Source: a virus
Strand: one strand, 5' to 3'
Length of the DNA stretch: 64,000 nucleotides
IMG/VR virus record: IMGVR_UViG_3300048856_000029
Coordinates: 24,846-88,845 of that record
Made by a program: the position numbers and the translations under genes. The notes beneath the pieces were generated by a model. It searched no databases and was not told the origin of the DNA. It worked only from the letters and a program-made list of their open reading frames with translations. Position 1 is the first letter of the stretch, and every line of letters begins with the position of its first letter. Below are positions 35,571-44,647 of this stretch, in pieces.

Positions 35571-35650
35571 CAGCGGCAGCTTCTCCCCTGGGCTGTCCGT
35601 CTCCGACCAGGAGGTTCTCTCCTCCTCCCAAGCGCCTCCTGGTCGGCCCA
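35571..35650 (+). ncRNA. Cuckoo/ar14-like two-hairpin sRNA candidate
   Basis: Hairpin with TTCTCCCCT loop, then 12-bp stem CCGACCAGGAGG/CCTCCTGGTCGG with a CTCCTCCTCCC loop. Confidence 0.55.
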
Positions 35651-35675
35651 CTTTCAACAATGAGGACAAAGACAA

Positions 35676-35951
35676 ATGGGTCAGGTTCTTCCATTCCCCA
35701 CGCGCGAACGAGCGCAACCGGCGCCACAGCAGCCGACGAAGATCACCGAAGCCGAATGCCGGCTGCTCGACAAGATCAAGCTGGTGACGGATCACTCGCT
35801 CGACGTGGTCAATTCCGGCCAGGCGCTCATGCGCGACTTCCTCGCCGGCAAGAAGATGGTCGGCGCCAAGTTCGAATACCTTGGCAAGAATTATCAGGTG
35901 CTGGTTTCGCTGGAAGAGCAGACCGATGCTCCACCGCCCCGTTACGCCTGA
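35676..35951 (+). CDS. Hypothetical protein
   Basis: 91 aa, host-like codons. Confidence 0.65.
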   Translation: MGQVLPFPTRERAQPAPQQPTKITEAECRLLDKIKLVTDHSLDVVNSGQALMRDFLAGKKMVGAKFEYLGKNYQVLVSLEEQTDAPPPRYA

Positions 35952-36117
35952 TCCCGACATCGAGCTGCGGCGCAAGATCGCCGCGCTCCGCGAACAAGAA
36001 ACTTCCCACTACATCGCCGGCAACCGCATCGAAGCCCATGAGGCCGCGATCGACGCCGCGCGTCTAACAAAGGAGCTGAGACGTTGCACAACGGAAACCC
36101 TTTTGAGCGGCGGGTGA
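35926..36117 (+). CDS. Small hypothetical protein
   Basis: ATG 35926, overlapping neighbours. Confidence 0.45.
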   Translation: MLHRPVTPDPDIELRRKIAALREQETSHYIAGNRIEAHEAAIDAARLTKELRRCTTETLLSGG

Positions 36118-36293
36118 CTGACAAGGAGCCGCGAAACGAAAACAAGTTGAAGGCTGTGGCCGGCCTTCTGCAGAGCCTCTCCTACCGGGAGATGCAGAAG
36201 TTCGTCCGTATGATGACGAATGGCTCCAATGCCGACGACTTCGCCACCCGGCTCCTCGACGTTACCGACCAAATCCTCAACGAAAAGGAGTAA
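36084..36293 (+). CDS. Small hypothetical protein
   Basis: AAAGGAG RBS, TTG start. Confidence 0.55.
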   Translation: MHNGNPFERRVTDKEPRNENKLKAVAGLLQSLSYREMQKFVRMMTNGSNADDFATRLLDVTDQILNEKE

Positions 36294-36296
36294 CCA

Positions 36297-37253
36297 GTGT
36301 CGAAAGACCAGATGTTCGCCAAGGTCGTGCTTGCATCCAAGCCAACCAACGGCGCGCCACCCATCATCACAATGCACTGGCACTACCCTCGCCCCATTCA
36401 CGGCGAGGTCATGACGCATCGCGTCTTCAGCCGGAACGCTAGATCCTCGCGCGCCGTGCCTGTCGCGACGATGCTGAAGGAGATCCGTGAGGCTCCGTTC
36501 GTTCCGTGGCACTGGGGAAAGAACCAGAAGGGGATGCAGGCCGGCGAAGAGTGCAAAGGGCTCGTTGATATGAGCGGCACCCTGTTTGCTGGCATCGGCA
36601 ATCCGCTCGTGCGCGAAAGCGCCTGGAAGCTGGCCGCAGAGTCCGCCGCTGGTATGGCCGAAGCCTTCTCCGACGCCGGCTACCATAAGCAGATCGCCAA
36701 CCGTCTGATTGAGCCGTTCTCCTGGATCGACACGCTGATCACCTCGACGTCCTGGGCGAACTTCCTGCATCTGCGCGATCACAAGGACGCTGAGCCGCAC
36801 TTCCAGGATCTCGCCGCGATGGTTCGGGAGGCGATCGACAGTGCAGAGTTCGAACCTCTCCGCCCCGGACAGTGGCATCTCCCGTATGTCCCGCATTGGG
36901 AGCGCGCAGATATCGTTAAGGCAATTACCGGCAAAAAATGGGACGAAGATTGGGATCAACGTGACTACCTGGCGATGGCGAAGATCTCCGTCGCCCGTTG
37001 CGCCCGCATCTCCTACAAGCCTTTCGACGGAGACGGCTCCATTGAGAAGGAGCTGGAGCGCTATGAGACGCTCGTCGGCTCGTCACCGCTGCACGCCTCA
37101 CCGGCCGAGCACCAGGCCACACCTGATTGGACTGAGGTCGATTATCACGGTGAGCCGCTGTGGGCCAACCAGAACCTGTCCGGCAATCTCGGCCCCGGCT
37201 GGATCCAGTATCGCAAGACACTGCCCGGCGAATACATCGCCGACGCGGCATGA
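36297..37253 (+). CDS. thyX: Flavin-dependent thymidylate synthase (ThyX/Thy1 phage type)
   Basis: THRVFSRNARSSRAVP, HKQIANRLIEPF, NFLHLR, HASPAEHQA. Confidence 0.88.
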   Translation: MSKDQMFAKVVLASKPTNGAPPIITMHWHYPRPIHGEVMTHRVFSRNARSSRAVPVATMLKEIREAPFVPWHWGKNQKGMQAGEECKGLVDMSGTLFAGIGNPLVRESAWKLAAESAAGMAEAFSDAGYHKQIANRLIEPFSWIDTLITSTSWANFLHLRDHKDAEPHFQDLAAMVREAIDSAEFEPLRPGQWHLPYVPHWERADIVKAITGKKWDEDWDQRDYLAMAKISVARCARISYKPFDGDGSIEKELERYETLVGSSPLHASPAEHQATPDWTEVDYHGEPLWANQNLSGNLGPGWIQYRKTLPGEYIADAA

Positions 37254-37271
37254 TCAGTCAAAACTGAAAGG
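37252..37271 (+). promoter_or_regulatory. Repeated operator copy
   Basis: GATCAGTCAAAACTGAAAGG. Confidence 0.6.
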
Positions 37272-37278
37272 ATAGGAA

Positions 37279-37686
37279 ATGCTGAAAATCATCGGCTATA
37301 GCTTCGGCGGTTTCGCCCTGCTTGCCGCCCTCTCCCTCGCCTCGGGTGCCTTCACCTATATCACCGCGCCCTTCTTCGGCCGTGTCGAGGCTGAGCGCCA
37401 GATAGAGTCCGGCGCATCCCGCACCGCGCTTTACAACGAGTTCTTCGACCTATGCGCCGGTGTGCAGGCGATCGAAGGCCAGATCGACGCACAGATTGAC
37501 GTGAAAAATCCGAACGCACCGATCAACATCGCCGGCTTGCAGTCGCGCCGTTCTCAGGTGATCGCGCAATACAACGCGAACGCCACCAAGAGCTACACGG
37601 CCGCCCGCTTCCTCGACGCCAAGCTGCCCTATCAGCTCGTGGCTGGCACCTATACCGGCGCAAACAAGACCGTCTGCGCTCAATAA
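37279..37686 (+). CDS. Membrane-anchored/exported protein
   Basis: N-terminal hydrophobic helix. Confidence 0.75.
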   Translation: MLKIIGYSFGGFALLAALSLASGAFTYITAPFFGRVEAERQIESGASRTALYNEFFDLCAGVQAIEGQIDAQIDVKNPNAPINIAGLQSRRSQVIAQYNANATKSYTAARFLDAKLPYQLVAGTYTGANKTVCAQ

Positions 37687-37710
37687 TCCTCAATCCAACA
37701 GGAGAATAAA

Positions 37711-38286
37711 TTGAAATTCCTCACCCGCATTGCACTTTTTGCCGCCCTCGCCTTCTCGGCAGTCGGGCTATCTGCCTGTGAGCCGACCCAGGCCGGGACC
37801 GCACGCCAGGCTGCCGCTCGTGCCGAGGAGAGCAACCGCGCCGCCCAGGACAACGTCATGGCGACCGCGACGGCGAAAATTCCCGTGCCTGTCACCAAGA
37901 ACTTTCTGGCACGCAAGAATCTCGCCGAATACATGAAGCGCATGGATGATCCAGCCAAGACCTGGTACGTCTATATCCTCGCCGACAGCGGCGCCAAGCT
38001 CGGCTATTACGTCGCCTCGACTTACCCGCAGTCCTCTTGCTCCTTCATGACGCCGCCCGAGCAGGTCAAGGAAATCAGCGTTGCCGGCGAGGGTGCCAAT
38101 CCAATCGCAATTACGTCCGCACCGTCGCTGATGGGTGTGTATTACAAAGGCGGTGGATGCGAGAACACCTTCTTCTTCGACGCCAATTCGAACGCTCTGA
38201 TCATTCTAACCGGCGTGAAGACCTGGGCCTCCGACGTCCCGCTGAACGTTGACGCCCCTCTCATCACGGTTGCGAAGTCCCAATAG
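37711..38286 (+). CDS. Lipoprotein
   Basis: Signal peptide with lipobox LSAC. Confidence 0.8.
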   Translation: MKFLTRIALFAALAFSAVGLSACEPTQAGTARQAAARAEESNRAAQDNVMATATAKIPVPVTKNFLARKNLAEYMKRMDDPAKTWYVYILADSGAKLGYYVASTYPQSSCSFMTPPEQVKEISVAGEGANPIAITSAPSLMGVYYKGGGCENTFFFDANSNALIILTGVKTWASDVPLNVDAPLITVAKSQ

Positions 38287-38313
38287 CAGCCCGCGACGTT
38301 TCTGCTATTAAAT

Positions 38314-38333
38314 GATAAGTCATTATTGACTAG
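38314..38333 (+). promoter_or_regulatory. Operator copy after a GCTATTAA box
   Basis: GATAAGTCATTATTGACTAG. Confidence 0.8.
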
Positions 38334-38359
38334 ATAAGCGCAAGCAGATAGGCAGGAAT

Positions 38360-38575
38360 ATGAACGAAACGATCTCCTACCAGCTCAGTGAGCACCGGGA
38401 AGATACCATCGCAAACCGCTTCGGCGCCGGCTGGTATTTCACATTCGATACAGAACGCGAGCCGACCTATGTCGGCCCGTTCGACACACAGGCTCTCGCT
38501 GATGAGGCTGCCAAAGCCGAGATCCAGCAGGCCATGACCGATTTCGTAGCTGAAGCCCTCGGCTTCGCAGCATAA
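38360..38575 (+). CDS. Small hypothetical protein
   Basis: 71 aa, CAGGAA RBS. Confidence 0.7.
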   Translation: MNETISYQLSEHREDTIANRFGAGWYFTFDTEREPTYVGPFDTQALADEAAKAEIQQAMTDFVAEALGFAA

Positions 38576-38587
38576 AGGAGAATTTCA

Positions 38588-39058
38588 ATGGGTGGCATCA
38601 TCCGAGACGAGGTCAAGGTTGCAGTGAAGGTGCTGAAGGAAGGCGCACGTTTGCCGACCTACGGCACTGATCAGGCAGCCGGCGCAGACCTCTACGCCTA
38701 TGTCGAAGGCGACGCGATCAAGCTCGACGTTGGCGAGCGCAAGCTCATCCCGTGCGAGATCGCCATCGAACTACCGGAAGGCTACGAGGCGCAGGTTCGG
38801 CCGCGCTCGGGCCTGGCGCTCAAGCAGGGCATCACCGTCCTCAACGCCCCTGGTACGATCGACAGCGACTATCGCGGCCCGATCGGCGTCGTCCTCTACA
38901 ACGCCGGCCAGAAGCCCTTCTACATCAACCACCATGACCGCATCGCTCAGATGGTCGTGGCGCCGGTCTCGCTGGCGCTCTTCTCGATCACCGAGGATGA
39001 GCTTTCCGAAACCGAGCGTGGTGAGGGCGGCTATGGCTCGACCGGAGTCGCCGGCTGA
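38588..39058 (+). CDS. dut: Trimeric dUTPase
   Basis: AGADL, RPRSGLA, GTIDSDYRG, RIAQ, RGEGGYGSTG. Confidence 0.96.
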   Translation: MGGIIRDEVKVAVKVLKEGARLPTYGTDQAAGADLYAYVEGDAIKLDVGERKLIPCEIAIELPEGYEAQVRPRSGLALKQGITVLNAPGTIDSDYRGPIGVVLYNAGQKPFYINHHDRIAQMVVAPVSLALFSITEDELSETERGEGGYGSTGVAG

Positions 39059-39684
39059 TGCTCTATGCCTGCATTGGCGCTCACCGCTCCGGCAAGACGA
39101 CCACGGCTCAGAAGGTCGCGGAACAGCTTGGCATCGAGTTCGTCGATGCCTCGTTCAACGTGGCCCGCGAATTCGGCTATGATCCGGTCGGCTTTCTGCC
39201 CCTCGCCGACCGTCTGCTGATGCAGATGAAGGTGATGGAGCATCATCTGAAGGTCATCGAGGCGGCGCAGCGGCCGGCAATCACCGATCGCACGCCCCTC
39301 GACTTCTTCGCCTATACGCTTGCGGAATACGGCATTCTCTCGCACGTGGCAGCCAATGACGCGGAGCTGCTCGCGACCGTGAAGCGTTTCAGCGAAGTCT
39401 GCATCCAGATGACGGTCATGCACTACGACATGGTCTTCCTCTTGGAGACCCTGCCGGTCTATGTCGTGGACAACACCAAAGCCACGCCCGCGGAGAATCC
39501 CGCGTTCCAGCTCCATATCGACTCGCTCATTCATGGCGCGCTGTCCAAGGCACACAGCTCCGACCTCAACTATGCGGTCGTGCCGGTAATGGAACAGCAG
39601 AAACGGGTCGATTTCATCTGCGACCAGATCGTCGAGCGGATGAACGACATCGAGGAGCTGCGGAAAGTCGCAGGAATGCACTGA
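39058..39684 (+). CDS. P-loop nucleotide kinase-like (AAA_28/NadR-type)
   Basis: GAHRSGKTT, TDRTPLD. Confidence 0.75.
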   Translation: MLYACIGAHRSGKTTTAQKVAEQLGIEFVDASFNVAREFGYDPVGFLPLADRLLMQMKVMEHHLKVIEAAQRPAITDRTPLDFFAYTLAEYGILSHVAANDAELLATVKRFSEVCIQMTVMHYDMVFLLETLPVYVVDNTKATPAENPAFQLHIDSLIHGALSKAHSSDLNYAVVPVMEQQKRVDFICDQIVERMNDIEELRKVAGMH

Positions 39685-39698
39685 CCATCAAACTCTGC

Positions 39699-39746
39699 CA
39701 CGCGCATCCCTGCGATGCGCGTGCTATTAAGTAAGTATTGAATGAC
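39699..39746 (+). promoter_or_regulatory. 10-bp hairpin, TATTAA box and operator copy upstream of rIIA
   Basis: CACGCGCATC/GATGCGCGTG then TTAAGTAAGTATTGAATGAC. Confidence 0.6.
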
Positions 39747-39781
39747 AAGTGAAAAACGCTTGCGTTGAGAAGGAGAGATAA

Positions 39782-42172
39782 ATGCAGGTTTCACAGTTGG
39801 TCGAGCTCGATACCCACGCCGTTATCGGCGGTGGCAAGGCGCGCTCATTCTCGATGTCGGACTCGGCTGAGTTCTTCACCGTCCTGTCCGATACCCTTTA
39901 CCGCGACAAGAAGCGCGCAGTCGTCCGCGAAGTCATCTGCAATGGCTGGGACGCGCATATCATGAATGATTGCACGGACACCTACCTCGAGGTGACGCTG
40001 ACCGAGGACGAGATCATCTTCAAGGATTTCGGGCCAGGCATCGCCGACGAAAAGATCGTGCCTATCTACTGCGTCTATGGCGCGTCGACCAAGGTCCGCG
40101 ACGCGAACCAGACAGGCGGCTTTGGCCTCGGGTCCAAGTCACCCTTTGCCTATTCCGACCATTTCACCGTCACGAGCTGCTTTGAAGGCATGAAGCGGGT
40201 TTACGCGATCAGCCGAGGCGGCACTGAAACGGAAGGTCGGCCTGAGATCCGCGAGATGGTCAGCGTGCCGACGACCGAGACCGGCATCACCGTGACGATC
40301 CCGCTGCGCGACAAGAGCGACCTGCCGGAGTTCCAGCAGAACATCTTCTCCGTCGCCTATCAGGGTGGCATGAAGGTGAAGCTCAACGGCAGGCAGCTCG
40401 CAACGCTGAACTACGAGCCTGCGCGTAAGCAGGGCTTCTGTGCCATCGAGAACGTGCGCGCTGAACTGCGCGAGTCATATGCCTATCTGCTTTACGGCAC
40501 CGTTCTCTATCCAATCACCACAACGGATGCCAGAATCTCCGAGGCGGCCTTGAGGGCCGGTAATCTCGTCGGCAACGGCTACAGACTTGTGCTGATCGCG
40601 CCGCCCAACTCGGTCGGCATCACGCCCAGCCGCGAGTCCCTTTCCTATTCCGAGTTAACGACGCAGACCATCCTTCGCCTCCTGAAACGTGCGACGAAGT
40701 CGCTCGAGGCGAGCATCCCGAGCGCCGGCAAGAAGATCATCACTCGCCTCGCGGCAACGATGGAGCTCGACAAGGCCGGCGACGGCACGATGCAGAACAT
40801 GTCCATGCGCCAGGCTCACCAGATGCCGCAGACCCTGGTCACGCCGGAGCAGATCGCGGCATACACTATCCGGTGCGATTTCGATCGCATCCCGCGTGCC
40901 ACGCGCCGCAAGTGGATCTACGACGGTCTGGCGAAGAAGTATCCGCACATGCGCGCAACGCTTCGCAAGGCTCGTGGCGCGGGCGTGGACTTCTCCGTGA
41001 TGACGAGACAACACGCTCACACCCGGTTCGTCCGGCTGGCCGTCAAAACCGGCCTGCTCAATGGCGCGTTGATCTACGACGACAACCACAGCTACCACGG
41101 CACGTCCCGGCTCGACAGCATCCGCAGGGAGTTGGGTGACGGTGCCATCGGAAAGAACATCTACGTGGCGCCGAACCGTCGCGAGCTGACGTCGATGATC
41201 GTCGGCAGCAAGAGCGACCCAACCTCACGCAGCCGCAATCTCTATCTTGGCCTGGTCGTTGGACAGAAGCCGTCGCGCGATCTGCTGGACCGGCTGCGCA
41301 CGGAAGCGAAGACTTTTGGTTTCACCCTTGACGAATACGACTGGGAGTTCGTGAAGCCGAAGGTGGTTCGAAAGCAGAAGGCGAGCGAGAAGTTCCATGC
41401 CTTCGTCGACTACCGCGACAAAGATAAGACGATGGTCGAGCCGAGCCTCGAGGCGCCTAAGTTCTTCATGCGCGGCTACACTTACGATGGCGAGCTGCGC
41501 CTGGGTATCGATGATCACGGCGCTCGCCATATCCTCGCCGAGATGTATCCCGAGCTCGCCGTCATTACGACGAAGGAGCAGGAGCAGAAGCTTCGCGCGG
41601 CCGGCGTTGTGCATGTGATCGAGGACGTTGAGAAGCGTCTGGCAAAGATGGTCAAGTGCCGTGAGGTGCAATACGGGCTGATGGTGCAGGACCGGAATTT
41701 CTGCAACAAGACCGGGCTCACCTACTACTACGAAAGCTACAAGCTTTGTGAAACGGCACTCGCACTCGCCCGGCTGCACATGGACATTGCCCGGCTGATC
41801 TTCCCGGATCGCGCAAAGCCGGGCGAGAAGTGGAAGGAAGCCAGGCAGCTTGTTCGCGTTATGCGAACCTTCCCGCACAGCAGCCAGAACTATGCCGACA
41901 GCAAGGAAGCACCCGCATCCGTCCTGTCGAAGCTCGAAAATGCGGCTCGTGAGACGTTCAAGGATATGATCGTCACCAAGAACGATGCGGCGAAGCGGCT
42001 CGGCTATCTGTCGGTGCTGATCGGATCCGAATGGATCACCGATCGCAGCAGCCTCGACGAGCCGGCCCGTGACAAACTTATCGGCGTAATCCGCTATCTG
42101 CAGCGCTTTGCCGATAAGTCAAAACTGACTGTCAAGCACACCAACACCATCGCCCAGAAGGAGGCAGCATGA
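39782..42172 (+). CDS. rIIA-like protein (GHKL ATPase)
   Basis: LSDTLYRDKKRAVVREVICNGWDAH, DFGPG, STK, GGFGLGSKSPFAYSD. Confidence 0.88.
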   Translation: MQVSQLVELDTHAVIGGGKARSFSMSDSAEFFTVLSDTLYRDKKRAVVREVICNGWDAHIMNDCTDTYLEVTLTEDEIIFKDFGPGIADEKIVPIYCVYGASTKVRDANQTGGFGLGSKSPFAYSDHFTVTSCFEGMKRVYAISRGGTETEGRPEIREMVSVPTTETGITVTIPLRDKSDLPEFQQNIFSVAYQGGMKVKLNGRQLATLNYEPARKQGFCAIENVRAELRESYAYLLYGTVLYPITTTDARISEAALRAGNLVGNGYRLVLIAPPNSVGITPSRESLSYSELTTQTILRLLKRATKSLEASIPSAGKKIITRLAATMELDKAGDGTMQNMSMRQAHQMPQTLVTPEQIAAYTIRCDFDRIPRATRRKWIYDGLAKKYPHMRATLRKARGAGVDFSVMTRQHAHTRFVRLAVKTGLLNGALIYDDNHSYHGTSRLDSIRRELGDGAIGKNIYVAPNRRELTSMIVGSKSDPTSRSRNLYLGLVVGQKPSRDLLDRLRTEAKTFGFTLDEYDWEFVKPKVVRKQKASEKFHAFVDYRDKDKTMVEPSLEAPKFFMRGYTYDGELRLGIDDHGARHILAEMYPELAVITTKEQEQKLRAAGVVHVIEDVEKRLAKMVKCREVQYGLMVQDRNFCNKTGLTYYYESYKLCETALALARLHMDIARLIFPDRAKPGEKWKEARQLVRVMRTFPHSSQNYADSKEAPASVLSKLENAARETFKDMIVTKNDAAKRLGYLSVLIGSEWITDRSSLDEPARDKLIGVIRYLQRFADKSKLTVKHTNTIAQKEAA
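42113..42132 (+). promoter_or_regulatory. Operator copy embedded in the rIIA 3' end
   Basis: GATAAGTCAAAACTGACTGT. Confidence 0.7.
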
Positions 42173-43734
42173 GCACGAATATTGTCGTCATTGTCGGCGC
42201 AATCGCCGGTGCCAAGGGGATCACCCTTTACCACAAGGATGGCCGCGAAACGAACCTGGCACTTGAAAGCTGGCGCACGAAGCAGATCATGGACAAGGTA
42301 ACGCCCTTCATTGCGCGACGCGAACCTGTCGAGATTGATCTCGACACCTATGACGTCCACGCTCACATCGAGCGTAAGTCGGGCGGCCTGATCCGGTTCG
42401 TGCGCGAGAAGATCGCGTCCGTCAGAACCTGGTTCAAGCCGACTGCCGGCGACGATGCCTCTAAGGAGGTGATGGCGTTTCAGCAGACCGAGCCGGTCGA
42501 GGGACACGTCTATGGCGTCCCTGCCGCTGCTCCCGACCAGGAAACCGTCGTTGCTGTCATCGGTGACAGGAAGGTGCCGGGTGTCGAGGCGCTCGAAAAG
42601 CACATGGAGCACGCGCTCGCTACCGGCAACACCGAGGGCGTCGAGAACTTCATGAAGCGCTGCGCTGCCGTCATCGACACGCGCGGGCACTCGATCCAGG
42701 AACTGCTCAACTTCATGCGCAAGGGCGACCTGCCGATCGCTAAGGACGGCTCGATCATCGCCTATAAGGTGCTGCAAACAGCGACGATCGACGGGAAGCA
42801 GGTGATTGTCGACTGCGCCTCCAGGAAGGTCATCCAGCGCGTCGGCTCGCGCGTCGTCATGGATGAGAAGCTGGTTGATCCGAGCCGAAGAACCCAGTGC
42901 TCGTCCGGACTGCATATCGCGCGGCGCGGCTATCTCGGCCACTTCGGCGGCGACGTGATTATGATGGTCAAGATCGCTCCCGAAGACGTCATCGCCGTCC
43001 CGGTCGGAGAGCCCGATAAGATGCGCGTCGCCGCCTATCATGTCGTCGGTCAGATCCCCAACAACGTTCACGCGCTGCTGCGCTCCAATAAGCCGATGAC
43101 GGGCGACGACGCTGCCAGCCGATTGCTTGCCGACGTGATCGCCGGCAACCATGTCGGTGTGCTCGAAGAGGTTCGCATCACTGGACCTTACGGCGCCGGG
43201 CTGAAGATCACGCCGCTTGTCGAGCAGTCGCCGGCAATCAAGGAAGGCATCAGTGGCACGGCCAAGGCCCTTGATGATGAACAGAAGCCTGCTGTTACGG
43301 CCAAGGAACTGCGTGAAGCGGTGCGGGCGGTCGCTGCAGACGCTCCAGCACCTGAAGCCGAGATCACACGTAACCACGTTCAGATGATCAATGGCGAGCT
43401 GCATGTCGACGGCGAGAAGATGGAAACTGAGACAGCGCAGGAACGGCGCAACCGCTTGAAGCGCGAGACGCGTGCCGCGAAGAAGCCGAGTCCGCAGGTG
43501 CAGGAAGCAGCAAAGACCGGCGATCTCTCCGCTGCGATCACCCAGGCGGTTATGCCAAAGGCGGCGCCGGCTGATCAGTCAAAATTGACTGGAAAGCCCA
43601 ATGAGAAGCATGAGCGGGCGCTCGCTCTGCACAAGGAAGGAAAGTCGAACCGCGCGATCGAGGCCGAGCTCCACATCTGCCGCAAGACCCTGAAGAAGCT
43701 TTTCGACAAGCACGGCCTGAAGCCCAACGGCTGA
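42169..43734 (+). CDS. rIIB-like protein with C-terminal HTH-like extension
   Basis: LPIAKDGSIIAYK, VDPSRRTQCSSGLH, KIAPEDVIAVP, KMRV; C-terminal SNRAIEAELHICRKTL. Confidence 0.85.
   Translation: MSTNIVVIVGAIAGAKGITLYHKDGRETNLALESWRTKQIMDKVTPFIARREPVEIDLDTYDVHAHIERKSGGLIRFVREKIASVRTWFKPTAGDDASKEVMAFQQTEPVEGHVYGVPAAAPDQETVVAVIGDRKVPGVEALEKHMEHALATGNTEGVENFMKRCAAVIDTRGHSIQELLNFMRKGDLPIAKDGSIIAYKVLQTATIDGKQVIVDCASRKVIQRVGSRVVMDEKLVDPSRRTQCSSGLHIARRGYLGHFGGDVIMMVKIAPEDVIAVPVGEPDKMRVAAYHVVGQIPNNVHALLRSNKPMTGDDAASRLLADVIAGNHVGVLEEVRITGPYGAGLKITPLVEQSPAIKEGISGTAKALDDEQKPAVTAKELREAVRAVAADAPAPEAEITRNHVQMINGELHVDGEKMETETAQERRNRLKRETRAAKKPSPQVQEAAKTGDLSAAITQAVMPKAAPADQSKLTGKPNEKHERALALHKEGKSNRAIEAELHICRKTLKKLFDKHGLKPNG
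43573..43592 (+). promoter_or_regulatory. Operator copy embedded in the rIIB 3' end
   Basis: GATCAGTCAAAATTGACTGG. Confidence 0.7.
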
Positions 43735-43798
43735 TCCCAGGCGCGATCCCAACAGGTGCCGGCGCTCCGTCGGCACCAGCCAACAAGAGGAAAAGGAA

Positions 43799-43909
43799 AT
43801 GACCATCGAAACCGCAAAGGCTCGCATGAGCCGCAATCGCAAGCTCGCGCTGATCTTCATCGCGTGGGCGATCGTCTTCTACGTCGCAGGAGGTCTGCTC
43901 AATGGCTAA
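43799..43909 (+). CDS. 36-aa membrane peptide (not in ORF track)
   Basis: MTIETAKARMSRNRKLALIFIAWAIVFYVAGGLLNG*; AGGAAAAGGA RBS; overlaps the next start. Confidence 0.6.
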   Translation: MTIETAKARMSRNRKLALIFIAWAIVFYVAGGLLNG

Positions 43910-44603
43910 TCGGCAGGAAATCCGCAACGACGCCGGCGAGTTGGTCGGTATCCGCTCCACCAATCTCGGCATCGTCGAAGCCCGGCGCGGCAAATACATG
44001 CACACGTCGAACGGCAAGAAATACTGGCCGATGGATCCGCGCCCCGAGGAAGTGCATATCGAGGTGGTCGCGCATCACCTGGCAACCCGCTGCCGCTACA
44101 ATGGCGCCGTCCAGCATCCGATCTTCCGCTCCAGGATCTTCTATTCCGTGGCTGAGCATTCGGTCCTGGTTTCGCGATACATCGAGGAAGTGCTGCGCAA
44201 GCCGGAATACGCGCTTGAAGGTCTGCTGCACGACGGCTCCGAGGCCTATAACGGCGATCTCATTCGGCCACTCAAGTATGATCCGATTTTCCGGGAGCCC
44301 TTCAAGGTGGTCGAGGAGCTGAACGAGGCTGCCGGCGCGTCCCGCTTCGCCCTGGTCTATCCTTATCCGCAGGAGGTGAAGATCGCCGACGAGGCCGTCA
44401 CCAATGCCGAAATCGCCCAGATCGTGCCGAAAGATCCGAACGAGGACTTCACGACCGGCAAGCTCCACGACGACAGCCGAATGGCGCCTTACGAGATCGT
44501 CATGCTCGATCCGTTCGCGGCCAAGGAGCAATTCCTGATGCGGTTCGAGGAGCTGATGCGCAAGCGGGACCGCTTTAATCCTGTCGCATCCCACGCTGCT
44601 TGA
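43902..44603 (+). CDS. HD-domain 5'-deoxynucleotidase-like (YfbR-type)
   Basis: CRYNGA, FYSVAEHSVLV, LLHDGSEAYNGD, KIADE. Confidence 0.85.
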   Translation: MANRQEIRNDAGELVGIRSTNLGIVEARRGKYMHTSNGKKYWPMDPRPEEVHIEVVAHHLATRCRYNGAVQHPIFRSRIFYSVAEHSVLVSRYIEEVLRKPEYALEGLLHDGSEAYNGDLIRPLKYDPIFREPFKVVEELNEAAGASRFALVYPYPQEVKIADEAVTNAEIAQIVPKDPNEDFTTGKLHDDSRMAPYEIVMLDPFAAKEQFLMRFEELMRKRDRFNPVASHAA

Positions 44604-44610
44604 CGCTATT

Positions 44611-44630
44611 AATCAGTCAATACTGATTGC
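44611..44630 (+). promoter_or_regulatory. Operator copy overlapping a TATTAA box
   Basis: AATCAGTCAATACTGATTGC. Confidence 0.8.
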
Positions 44631-44647
44631 ATGATAAGGAAAGACAC

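Noticed and set aside
35569-35660. Theta (HDV-like) ribozyme at the tRNA 3' end
   Set aside because: I could not build the nested double pseudoknot; two simple CU-loop hairpins fit better.
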